From NCBI GenBank assembly GCA_003139355.1, contig PLIM01000174.1:1-60915 (forward strand): 60,915 nucleotides of DNA, in the 5' to 3' direction. The translations under genes were made by a program, and so were the position numbers. How positions within the stretch are numbered: position 1 is the first letter of the stretch; each line of letters begins with the position of its first letter. The notes under the pieces were generated by a model, which saw only the letters and a list, made by a program, of their open reading frames with translations, was not told where the DNA came from and did not search any database. This document shows, piece after piece, positions 44,762-53,301 of this stretch. This stretch comes from Acidimicrobiaceae bacterium. GTDB taxonomy: Bacteria; Actinomycetota; Acidimicrobiia; Acidimicrobiales; Bog-793.

Positions 44762-46902
44762 GGAGTCGTCAGCCGCCCGGGTTCGAGCAGACCTGTTGCT
44801 CGGACGGCCTCCAGAGCGAAAGCCAGCTCGAATGCCCAGTCTCGCCATGCCTGGTAACGGCCCGACGGTCCGTGGTGTCCTGAGCCCGCCTGCATCTTGA
44901 GCAGGACGCGCTCCTTGTTGTCCAGGTGCGAGGCCCGCAGCTTTTGCACCCACTTCGTCGGCTCGGAATACGAGACCCGCGGGTCGTTCATGCCGCCGGT
45001 CACGAGCATCCTCGGGTAGCGGACCGGCCGCACGTTGTCGTAGGGCGAGTAGGACCTCATCCGCCAGTACGCGTCCTCGTCGTCGGTCGGATTGCCCCAT
45101 TCCTCCCGCTCGGTGACGGTCAAGGGCAGTTCCACGTCGAGCATTGTCGTGAGGCAGTCGACGAAGGGCACCTCGGCAATGATCGCGGCGAACAGCTCCG
45201 GTGCGAGGTTCACCGACGCTCCTACGAGCAGCCCGCCCGCGCTTGCACCGCTGGCGACAAGCAGTTCCGGTGAAGTCAGGCCTTCGTCGACGAGGAACCG
45301 GGCGCAGGCGATGAAGTCCTCGAAACTGTGCCGTTTCTGCTCGAGCTTGCCATCCAGGTACCAGCTGCGAGCCAGCTCTCCGCCACCGCGCACGTGCCCG
45401 GTGGCGTAGCAGCCACCCCGGTCGAGCAGCGGCAAGATCGACCGGTTTGCGGCGAAGACCGGGTCCATGCTGATCTCATAAGCGCCGTAGCCATACAGGA
45501 GCAAGGGTCCAGGTCCGGTGGGCCGGTCTGCGCGGTAGGCGATGGTGATGGGGACCAACGTGGCATCGTCGGAAGTTGCCCAGCGGCGCTCGGTCCTGTA
45601 GGCGCCGGCGTCGTAGTTGGGGACCCGTCGCCGCCAGATCACTTGTGACGTCCCGCTGTCGAGGTCGTAGTCGTGGATTGCCAGTGGGCTGATCAGCGAC
45701 GTCGACGCGTACCGGACGTGGCGGGTGGAGAAGTCGAGGTTCTCGGCCAGGAAGATCGAGCCTGCCTCTTCAGGGGGAGTGACCACGGTCTCGCAGCCGG
45801 TGTCGAGATCGACGATGCGCACCGCCGTCGAGGCGTGGCCACGCTCGTGCACCAGTGCGAAGCCCTCGACAACGTCCAGGCTCTCGAGACGGACGTCCTT
45901 GCGGTGCGCGACAAGTGGCCGCCAATGATCCCGGCCCGGAGTCGCTACAGGAGCCCGGAAGGCGGCGAAGTTCTCGGCGTTGTAGTTGGTCAACACGAGG
46001 ATCTCGTCGCCGTGGTGTTCAACCGAGTACTCGATGCCCTGGCGGCGTTCCTCGACCATGCGAGGCTCGGATTCGGGTTCGGTGGAGTCTAGGAGACGGA
46101 CCTCGGAGGTGACGTTGCTCTCGGCTGCGAGCACGATGAGCGCGCCGTCCTTGGTGGTTGCGACCCCGAGGAAGTAACGCTCGTCGTCCTCCTCCCAGAC
46201 GCAAGTGTCCTGATCGGTCGGCGTCCCGAGCAGATGGCGCCGGATCTGGTGAGGGCGCATCGACTCGTCGGGGCGTGTGTAGAAGAGCATCCGACCATCG
46301 GCTGAGAACGCGAGCCCGTAGGACGCGTCCTCGATGGTGTCGCGGAGCTCCTCGCCCGTTGTGAGATCACGGATCCGCACCGTGAAGCGCTCGCCACCGC
46401 TCACGTCGGTTGAGTACGCGAGCAACCGGTGGTCTGCGGTGAGCTCGAGGTTCCCAACTTCGAGGTGGTCCGCCTCGCTGGCCAGGAGGTTCACGTCGAG
46501 CACGATCTGTTCGAGCTCGTCGGCGGGCGTCGTGGGACTGATGCCGGTCGTCGGCCCGGTCGTCGGCCCGGTCGTCGGCGGAGGGGCCTCGACAGGCCGG
46601 CGGCAGTGAATCGGGTATTCGAGGCCCTCGACTGTCCGGGTGTAGTAGGCCCAGGGGCCTTTCGGCGCCGGCAGTGTGACGTCGGTCAGCTGCACTCTCG
46701 AGAGGATCTCGCCGTAGACGCTCTCGGTCAGCGGTTCCAAGTCTTCGGTCACCGCTTTCAGGTACGCAGCCTCGGCGTCCAGCACTTCGGCCAGGGCTGG
46801 GTCGTCACGGTCCGCCAGCCAGTACCACTCGTCGACACGGTCGTCGCCGTGGGCGGTCAGGATGACGGGGCGGCGCTCTGCGACCGGGGGCGTGAGCTTC
46901 AT
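44728..46902 (-). CDS. ptrB: S9A prolyl-oligopeptidase family, oligopeptidase B-like
   Basis: The N-terminus DEWYWLADRDDP, the catalytic Ser box GASAGGLLVGA, and a beta-propeller region. The ORF opens at 47103, but ATG 46902 (MKLTPPVAERRP) is preferred. Confidence 0.85.
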   Translation of the reverse strand: MKLTPPVAERRPVILTAHGDDRVDEWYWLADRDDPALAEVLDAEAAYLKAVTEDLEPLTESVYGEILSRVQLTDVTLPAPKGPWAYYTRTVEGLEYPIHCRRPVEAPPPTTGPTTGPTTGISPTTPADELEQIVLDVNLLASEADHLEVGNLELTADHRLLAYSTDVSGGERFTVRIRDLTTGEELRDTIEDASYGLAFSADGRMLFYTRPDESMRPHQIRRHLLGTPTDQDTCVWEEDDERYFLGVATTKDGALIVLAAESNVTSEVRLLDSTEPESEPRMVEERRQGIEYSVEHHGDEILVLTNYNAENFAAFRAPVATPGRDHWRPLVAHRKDVRLESLDVVEGFALVHERGHASTAVRIVDLDTGCETVVTPPEEAGSIFLAENLDFSTRHVRYASTSLISPLAIHDYDLDSGTSQVIWRRRVPNYDAGAYRTERRWATSDDATLVPITIAYRADRPTGPGPLLLYGYGAYEISMDPVFAANRSILPLLDRGGCYATGHVRGGGELARSWYLDGKLEQKRHSFEDFIACARFLVDEGLTSPELLVASGASAGGLLVGASVNLAPELFAAIIAEVPFVDCLTTMLDVELPLTVTEREEWGNPTDDEDAYWRMRSYSPYDNVRPVRYPRMLVTGGMNDPRVSYSEPTKWVQKLRASHLDNKERVLLKMQAGSGHHGPSGRYQAWRDWAFELAFALEAVRATGLLEPGRLTTPQPEAGVSSTL

Positions 46903-47074
46903 CGGCACGACTCGGAGCATGCCACGTCCTGTTGCGAGCCCCGCGCCCATGGCTCCGGGCGGGAGCGGACCCATTGGCGGCCGTCGGTGGTCAGCCGGCG
47001 GGTAGGCGGGTAGGCGTGGCGGCCGGTAGTTGTTACTATGTGCGTAGGAGAAACTCTCTCGAGAGGAATGCCTG

Positions 47075-48475
47075 ATGGCCATCACGGAGCTCGATCTCGG
47101 CAAGTACCAGCTCGGCTGGAGTGACGTCGAGGACTACGTCTTCAAGCCGCGCAAGGGGCTGTCAGAGGAGATCGTCCGGGAGATGTCCGCCATGAAGGGC
47201 GAAGCGAGCTGGATGCTCGACTTCCGGCTGTCCTCGCTGCGGCGCTTCGAGAAGAAGCCGATGGTGCGCTGGTTCGCCGAGAAGATGCCTGACCTGGACT
47301 TCGACGACATCTACTACTACATCAAGCCCACCGACGCGCAGGTCAACGACTGGGACAAGCTGCCCGAGTCGGTAAAGAACACCTGGGACAAGCTCGGCAT
47401 CCCGCAGGCCGAGCGCAAGTACCTGGCCGGAGTGACCGCCCAGTACGAGTCGGAGGTCGTGTACCACCGCAATCGTGAGGACCTGGGGCGGCTCGGCGTG
47501 CTGTTCACCGACATGGACACCGCTGTTCGCGAGCACCCCGAGATCGTTCGCAAGTGGTTCGGCAAGATCATCCCGCCAGGTGACAACAAATTCGCGGCCC
47601 TCAACTCGGCCGTATGGTCGGGGGGGTCCTTCATCTACGTCCCGCCCGGTGTGACCGTCGACATGCCCCTTCAGGCGTACTTCCGGATCAACGCCGAGAA
47701 CATGGGCCAGTTCGAGCGGACGCTGATCATCGCGGATGAGGGTGCCCAGGTGCACTACGTCGAAGGTTGCTCGGCGCCGGTCTACTCGTCGGACTCGCTT
47801 CATTCGGCGGTCGTCGAGCTCGTGGCACTTCCCGGCAGCCGGATTACCTACACCACGATCCAGAACTGGTCCACGAACGTCTACAACCTCGTCACCAAGC
47901 GAGCTCGTGCCGAGGCCGAGGCGCACGTCGAGTGGATCGACGGGAACATCGGCTCACGGTTGACGATGAAGTACCCGTCGGTGTACCTGATGGGACCGAA
48001 GGCGTCTGGCGAGGTCCTCTCCGTGGCCTACGCGGGGGCGGGCCAGATCCTCGACACCGGGGCGAAGATGTTCCACTGCGCGCCCGAGACCAGCTCGACC
48101 ATCGTCTCGAAGTCGATTTCGAAGGACGGCGGCCACGCCACCTACCGCGGGAAGGTGCATGTCGACGAGGGAGCTCGGAGGGCAAAGTCGTTTGTCCGCT
48201 GCGATGCTCTCATCCTGGATGAAGACTCGATCTCGGAGACCAAGCCGTCTATGGAGGTCTGCGAGCGTGACGCTGAGATCGGTCACGAGGCCACAGTGTC
48301 CAAGATTGGCGATGACCAGCTCTTCTACCTGATGAGCCGCGGCCTGAGCGAGACGCAGGCGATGGGCATGATCGTGAACGGCTTCATCGAGCCGATCACC
48401 CGCACACTGCCGATGGAGTACGCGGTCGAATGGAGCCGTCTGATCGAGCTCCAGATGGACGGCTCGGTCGGCTGA
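47075..48475 (+). CDS. sufB: Fe-S cluster assembly protein SufB
   Basis: 466 aa with LGKYQLGWSD..., FIYVPPGV, and HCAPETSSTIVSKSISKDGG typical of SufB. Confidence 0.95.
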   Translation: MAITELDLGKYQLGWSDVEDYVFKPRKGLSEEIVREMSAMKGEASWMLDFRLSSLRRFEKKPMVRWFAEKMPDLDFDDIYYYIKPTDAQVNDWDKLPESVKNTWDKLGIPQAERKYLAGVTAQYESEVVYHRNREDLGRLGVLFTDMDTAVREHPEIVRKWFGKIIPPGDNKFAALNSAVWSGGSFIYVPPGVTVDMPLQAYFRINAENMGQFERTLIIADEGAQVHYVEGCSAPVYSSDSLHSAVVELVALPGSRITYTTIQNWSTNVYNLVTKRARAEAEAHVEWIDGNIGSRLTMKYPSVYLMGPKASGEVLSVAYAGAGQILDTGAKMFHCAPETSSTIVSKSISKDGGHATYRGKVHVDEGARRAKSFVRCDALILDEDSISETKPSMEVCERDAEIGHEATVSKIGDDQLFYLMSRGLSETQAMGMIVNGFIEPITRTLPMEYAVEWSRLIELQMDGSVG

Positions 48476-48481
48476 GGCCCC

Positions 48482-48943
48482 GTGGGCGGCGGGCTCTTCG
48501 GCGGGCTGCCTCGGCGTGCGCAGGCTTCGGGCGTCGTCCCAGCTAGCGTTCACCCGATGCCCATGCGAGAGGATTGTCGCCACTACCAGAGCCGCACCTA
48601 TGCCAGCGGAGAGGTGGCGAGGTTCTGCGTGCTCGACATGGCACCGGACGCGCCGTGGCGTTGCCCGGAGAACTGCCCGGTCTATGAGCGGCGCCTCGCG
48701 GATGCAGGGTGGACTCACGGCAAGCTCACCGAACCTGCCATCGAGCTGGAGCCGACCGACGTGCCCGCCGCAGACGCCGCTGACCTGCTCGAGAACGCCG
48801 AGGAGATCGTTTCAGCGGTGGCGCCAGACGCCGTCGCCGAAGCTCGCAAGCGAGAGCTCAAAGAGGAGCGGCGCTCGGGCACCAACGGCGTTCCCGGGTC
48901 CCGTCGCTGGTTCAAGCGTAAGGGCCCTCCGCCCGGACGCTGA
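48482..48943 (+). CDS. Small 4-Cys protein encoded between sufB and sufD, function unknown
   Basis: Cys pattern C-x16-C-x11-C-x3-C (CRHYQ...FCVLD...RCPENC), an acidic middle and a basic tail RRWFKRKGPPPGR. This frame keeps high GC3, while the overlapping frame (48516..) is Arg/Ser/Pro-rich. The start is uncertain (GTG 48482, ATG 48557 or 48563). Confidence 0.55.
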   Translation: MGGGLFGGLPRRAQASGVVPASVHPMPMREDCRHYQSRTYASGEVARFCVLDMAPDAPWRCPENCPVYERRLADAGWTHGKLTEPAIELEPTDVPAADAADLLENAEEIVSAVAPDAVAEARKRELKEERRSGTNGVPGSRRWFKRKGPPPGR

Positions 48944-48974
48944 CGGCCATCGGTTAGCGTCCTGCCTGATCACG

Positions 48975-50327
48975 ATGCAGTTACCCGTTTCTTTCAGCGC
49001 TCAAGCCGCCCGGAGTCTCGGCGGCCCGGAGTGGCTCGTCGAGCGGCGTCTCGCAGCGCTGGAGCAGTTCGCCGCGAGCCCACCGCCGGTGGTCGACGAG
49101 GACTTCTGGCGCTACAGCCGGATCTCCGAGCTCGATCTCGATCGGTATGTGCCGAGTGGCACCGGTGACGCCGCCGGGCTGCGGCCGGCGCTCGAGGCTG
49201 ACGCCTGGCCGCAGTCGGCCGGCCTCCTCGCGCACGTCGGCGAGCGCTCGGGTCTCGCCGTGGTCGTCGATGGCGTCCCGGTCTCGTTCGAGCTGTCTGC
49301 CCCCTCGACGGCGACTGGAACCGTCCTCGGTAGCGTCCTCCACGACTCCCGGGGCTCCGACGTCCTCGACCAAGTGACGAGGCTGAACTCCGCGACCGGC
49401 AAGGAAGAGCACGAGCCCGACGTGTTCGATCATCTTGCCGACGCTTTCCTCCGCGACGCGGTCGTGCTCTCGGTGCCCGCCCGAGCGCGCATCGATCACC
49501 CGATCGTCATCGTGCACCTGCTCGGATCGCGCGGGGCCGCTGAGCTGGCTCAGGCCGTCTTCGCGCGCACTGTGATCGAGCTCGGCGAGGCGGCCGAAGC
49601 GACCGTGATCGAGCTTTTCGTGTCCGGCGACGGCTCGCTGCTCGTGGTGCCGATCGTCGATATTGCCGTCGGGGACGCGGCGATACTGTCCTACAACGCC
49701 ATCCAGCAGCTCGGCGCCGGAGCTTGGCAGTTCGGGCATCAGCGGATCCGCGCAGGCCGGGATTCCGCCATTCGCACCTTCACGGCTTCCCTCGGCGGCG
49801 AGTACGCGCGTTTTCGCACCGAGTCGGTCCTGGCCGGGCAGGGCGGGAGCGCCGAGCTGTTGGCCGCTTACTTCGGCGACGGGACCCAGATGCACGACTT
49901 CCGCACGCTCCAGGAGCACGGAGCGCCGCGCACCACCAGCGACCTGGTCTTCAAGGGCGCCGTCGCAGGCACTGCGCGTTCGGTGTACTCCGGGCTCATA
50001 AGGATGCGGCGCGGCGCCAAGGGCGCCGATGCCTTCCAGACGAACCGGAACCTGGTGCTCAGCGACGGCGCACATGCGGACTCGGTTCCCAATCTCGACA
50101 TCGAGGAGAACGACGTCCGGTGCTCGCACGCGTCGGCCGTCGGCCAGATCGACCGCGAGCAACGCTTCTACCTCGAGTCGCGCGGCGTCCCACCTGCGGT
50201 CGCGGAGCGACTGATCCTGCTGGGCTTTTTCGAGGACCTCTGGGTGCGCATCGCGGCGCCAGGCATTCGCGCCCATCTGGCAGCCGCGATCGCAACGCGG
50301 CTGGACGGTGTCACCGGTGGGTGCTGA
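48975..50327 (+). CDS. sufD: Fe-S cluster assembly protein SufD
   Basis: From ATG 48975 (MQLPVSFSAQAARSLGGPEWL). The C-terminus HASAVGQIDREQRFYLESRGV is typical of SufD. Confidence 0.9.
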   Translation: MQLPVSFSAQAARSLGGPEWLVERRLAALEQFAASPPPVVDEDFWRYSRISELDLDRYVPSGTGDAAGLRPALEADAWPQSAGLLAHVGERSGLAVVVDGVPVSFELSAPSTATGTVLGSVLHDSRGSDVLDQVTRLNSATGKEEHEPDVFDHLADAFLRDAVVLSVPARARIDHPIVIVHLLGSRGAAELAQAVFARTVIELGEAAEATVIELFVSGDGSLLVVPIVDIAVGDAAILSYNAIQQLGAGAWQFGHQRIRAGRDSAIRTFTASLGGEYARFRTESVLAGQGGSAELLAAYFGDGTQMHDFRTLQEHGAPRTTSDLVFKGAVAGTARSVYSGLIRMRRGAKGADAFQTNRNLVLSDGAHADSVPNLDIEENDVRCSHASAVGQIDREQRFYLESRGVPPAVAERLILLGFFEDLWVRIAAPGIRAHLAAAIATRLDGVTGGC

Positions 50328-50331
50328 TCCT

Positions 50332-50643
50332 GTGAGAGTTCGGCTGTGCGCGACCGACGAGCTCGAGGTGGGACAGGTTCGCCGTTTCGAGATCGAAGGA
50401 GGAGCGATCGCGCTCGTTCGTTGCCGCTCCGGGTTCCGGGCGCTCCTCGACGTGTGCAGCCATCAGGATTACCCGCTCTCGGAAGGCGAGGTCTTCCCCG
50501 ACTCCTGCGAGATCGAGTGCTTTCGGCACGGGAGCACCTTTTCCCTGTTGGACGGCTCGCCACAGAGCCTGCCTGCCACCCAGGCGGTCAAGGTCGTGCC
50601 GATCGAGGTCGACTCCGATGACGTCTACGCGGTGATCGAATGA
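50332..50643 (+). CDS. Rieske-type [2Fe-2S] ferredoxin domain protein within the suf operon
   Basis: The CSHQD and CFRHGS boxes. The start is GTG 50332 (4 nt after the sufD stop) or GTG 50308. There is an ATGA overlap with sufC. Confidence 0.8.
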   Translation: MRVRLCATDELEVGQVRRFEIEGGAIALVRCRSGFRALLDVCSHQDYPLSEGEVFPDSCEIECFRHGSTFSLLDGSPQSLPATQAVKVVPIEVDSDDVYAVIE

Positions 50644-51470
50644 ACCCAAGCGTGCTCAGGGTCTCCGACCTTCACGCCGGCGTCGATTCCCGGCAGATCC
50701 TGCGGGGCATCGACCTCGAGGTGCGCAGCGGGGAGATTCATGCGGTCATGGGCCCGAACGGGTCGGGGAAGAGCACTCTCGCCCATGTGTTGATGGGTCG
50801 TCCCGGTTACGACGTCATGAGCGGGAGTGTGACGCTGGACGGCGTTGAGCTGCTCGGCCTGTCCCCCTTTGAACGAGCGCAAGCCGGGCTCTTCCTCACG
50901 TTCCAGTACCCGATCGAGGTGCCCGGGGTACCGCTTGAAGCGGCGCTCTCCGAGGCGCTGGTCGCAGCGGGCCGGTTCACAGAGGCCGAGACCGAGCAGC
51001 TTGGAGCTCGTCTCTCAGAGGAGGCCGGCGAGCTCGGGATCTTGCCAGAGATCCTGGCGCGGCCGATGAACGTCGACCTCTCGGGTGGTGAGGCCAAGCG
51101 CAACGAGACCCTCCAGCTCGCGATCCTCCGGCCACGGATCGCCATCTTGGACGAGCTCGACTCCGGCCTCGACGTCGACGCGCTCGGTCAAGTTGCAAGG
51201 CGTATCGAGCGAGCGACGCGCGAGAGCGACCCTCCTCTCGGCGTGATCGCGATCACCCATTACCGCCGTTTGCTCGCTGAGCTGCCCGCCCACCGCGTAC
51301 ACGTGCTGTCGGAGGGCCGGATCGTCGCGAGCGGAGGACCGGAGCTCGCCGAGGAGCTCGAGCGGACCGGCTATGTCGCCTACCGGGAGGACGCCGGGGC
51401 GCTCGGAGAGGCTGGTCTCGGCGCTCTCGGCCTCGGCGAGACGTTTCCGGGCGGTTTGACTAGAGGTTGA
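50640..51470 (+). CDS. sufC: Fe-S cluster assembly ATPase SufC
   Basis: Walker A GPNGSGKST, signature LSGGEAKR and Walker B ILDELDSGLD. Confidence 0.95.
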   Translation: MNPSVLRVSDLHAGVDSRQILRGIDLEVRSGEIHAVMGPNGSGKSTLAHVLMGRPGYDVMSGSVTLDGVELLGLSPFERAQAGLFLTFQYPIEVPGVPLEAALSEALVAAGRFTEAETEQLGARLSEEAGELGILPEILARPMNVDLSGGEAKRNETLQLAILRPRIAILDELDSGLDVDALGQVARRIERATRESDPPLGVIAITHYRRLLAELPAHRVHVLSEGRIVASGGPELAEELERTGYVAYREDAGALGEAGLGALGLGETFPGGLTRG

Positions 51471-51696
51471 CCACCGGGCAGGTCAACGTCCGCGTGATGC
51501 CCTCGATGAGCTGCACCCGACTGACGACTATCTTGCCCAGGTCGTCCACCGTGTCGGCTTCGGCCTGAATTATGACGTCGTAGGGGCCTGTCACATCCTC
51601 TGCGCGCACCACCCCGGGTATTTCTGCCACCTTCGTTGCGACCGCGGCCGCCTTGCCAACTTCTGTCTGGATCAGCACGTAGGCCCGAACTCCCAC
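51460..51696 (-). CDS. Stand-alone Lrp/AsnC ligand-binding (RAM) domain protein
   Basis: 78 aa, MGVRAYVLIQTEVGKAAAVATKVAEIPGVVRAEDVTGPYDVIIQAEA. There is an 11-bp convergent overlap with sufC. Confidence 0.75.
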   Translation of the reverse strand: MGVRAYVLIQTEVGKAAAVATKVAEIPGVVRAEDVTGPYDVIIQAEADTVDDLGKIVVSRVQLIEGITRTLTCPVVNL

Positions 51697-51773
51697 TGGT
51701 GACCTCCTCGTCCTTGGTGTGCGCGCATCGTAGCGGGGTCCGGAAGCGATGGGCCGACACGTACCATGGCAAC

Positions 51774-53195
51774 GTGGACAGCTCCGCGCGTTGGGCTCGC
51801 TTCACCCGGCTCGTCCGCAGCGCCGTCCACGATCTGTTCGACCAGTCCCAGCCCTTCGGCAGGCTCGCGCTGATCCACACCATCTTCTCGGTGGGCTCGA
51901 CACTCGTGACCATCTCGCTCGCGGGGACCCTGTTCTTCACGATCTCGCCGGAGGCGGCCAAGGACAAGGTCGTGCTCTACCTGCTGCTCACGATCACGCC
52001 GTTCGCCGTCGTTGCACCGGCCCTCAGCCCGCTGCTCGACCGGGGCAGCTACGCAAGGCGCACGAGCATGGCGATCGCATCGGTCGGCAGCGCCGTCCTG
52101 GTCCTCATGATGGCCCATGACATCAAAGGGCTGCTCCTGTTCCCGGAGGCGTTCGGCGTTCTTGTGTTCTCGAAGCTCTACCTGGTTGCCAAGGCTGCAC
52201 TCGTGCCGTCCATGACCGAGACGAAGGACGATCTCGCGAGTGCGAACGCGAAGCTTGCCGTGCTCGCCTCTCTCGCGGGCTTCGTGACCTCTCCCGTGGC
52301 GGTGGGCCTCCTACAGCTTGGGGCTCCCTGGGTGCTGCGGCTCGCGTTCGTCGTGTTCCTTCTGGGAGGCGTGGCCGCGGTGCGTCTTCCCAAGACCGTC
52401 GGCGTGGTCCTCGCCAAGCCGGCAGCGGCGACACCCGATGGCCAGCCCATCTTGGGACCACCGGTTCCAGGCAAGGGCCACTGGCCACAAGGAGCCGGGC
52501 GCCCGCTCTATGAGCGGCCGCCCCCGACCGACCGCGAACGTCAGGTGCGGATCAACGTCGCTCGAGAGCGCCAGCGGCTGGGGCTCCCGCTCTATGTTCC
52601 CGAGGTCGTGCTCGCGCTCGCGGCGATGTCGGTGATCAGGGGCGCGGTCGGCTTCCTCACTTTCTTCCTGGCGTTCGCACTGCGCGATCTCCACGCCGCG
52701 ACATGGTGGTTCGGCTTCGTGCTGCTGACAAGCGCAATTGGTTCGCTGCTCGGCTCGCTTCTCGTGCCTGTCCTTCGCAGGTACCTGTCCGAGCAGCAGC
52801 TGATCCTCTACTCGCTGATGCTGTCTGCGTTGATCGGCGTCCTCGTCGCGATCCTGGGCTCTTTGTGGGCGCAGCCGCTGCTCACCTTCGCCATCGGCTT
52901 TGCAACCACCGCGGCAAAGCCGTCGTTCGACTCGATCGCGCAGCGACACGTGCCCCCGGCACAGCTCGGGCGCGCCTTCGCCAGGTTCGAGACACAGCTG
53001 CAGCTCGTCTGGGTGCTGTGCGCACTGTTGGCCGTGGTCGTCGGCTTCTCCCTGCAGGCGGGGGACGTCTTGATAGGCGTGACCTGCGCAGTCGCGGCAG
53101 GGTTCCATGTCTCGATGCGACGTGCCGTGTCCGAGAGCCGTCTCGCGCAACCTCGGGCAGGCCAGGCCGACCTGCCGGGCACGTCGCTGAACTGA
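51774..53195 (+). CDS. MFS-like 12-TM membrane protein with long Pro-rich central loop
   Basis: Two hydrophobic six-helix halves separated by PAAATPDGQPILGPPVPGKGHWPQGAGRPLYERPPPTDRER. The start is uncertain (GTG 51774 is proposed; the ORF opens at 51636, inside the RAM gene). Confidence 0.55.
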   Translation: MDSSARWARFTRLVRSAVHDLFDQSQPFGRLALIHTIFSVGSTLVTISLAGTLFFTISPEAAKDKVVLYLLLTITPFAVVAPALSPLLDRGSYARRTSMAIASVGSAVLVLMMAHDIKGLLLFPEAFGVLVFSKLYLVAKAALVPSMTETKDDLASANAKLAVLASLAGFVTSPVAVGLLQLGAPWVLRLAFVVFLLGGVAAVRLPKTVGVVLAKPAAATPDGQPILGPPVPGKGHWPQGAGRPLYERPPPTDRERQVRINVARERQRLGLPLYVPEVVLALAAMSVIRGAVGFLTFFLAFALRDLHAATWWFGFVLLTSAIGSLLGSLLVPVLRRYLSEQQLILYSLMLSALIGVLVAILGSLWAQPLLTFAIGFATTAAKPSFDSIAQRHVPPAQLGRAFARFETQLQLVWVLCALLAVVVGFSLQAGDVLIGVTCAVAAGFHVSMRRAVSESRLAQPRAGQADLPGTSLN

Positions 53196-53301
53196 GCAGC
53201 ATCCGCCGGCAGGTACGGGCTTGCCGTCCGCACGCGCTGCCTGCGCCGAGATCGGTTCGAGAGGCACCTCGCCAGTCGCGGGAGACGACGTTCGCGCAAG
53301 G

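Noticed and set aside
48516-48974. N-terminal extension that would make SufD 603 aa.
   Set aside because: Its composition is Arg/Ser/Pro-rich. The other frame (the 4-Cys ORF) has the coding-like GC3, and SufD homology begins at ATG 48975.
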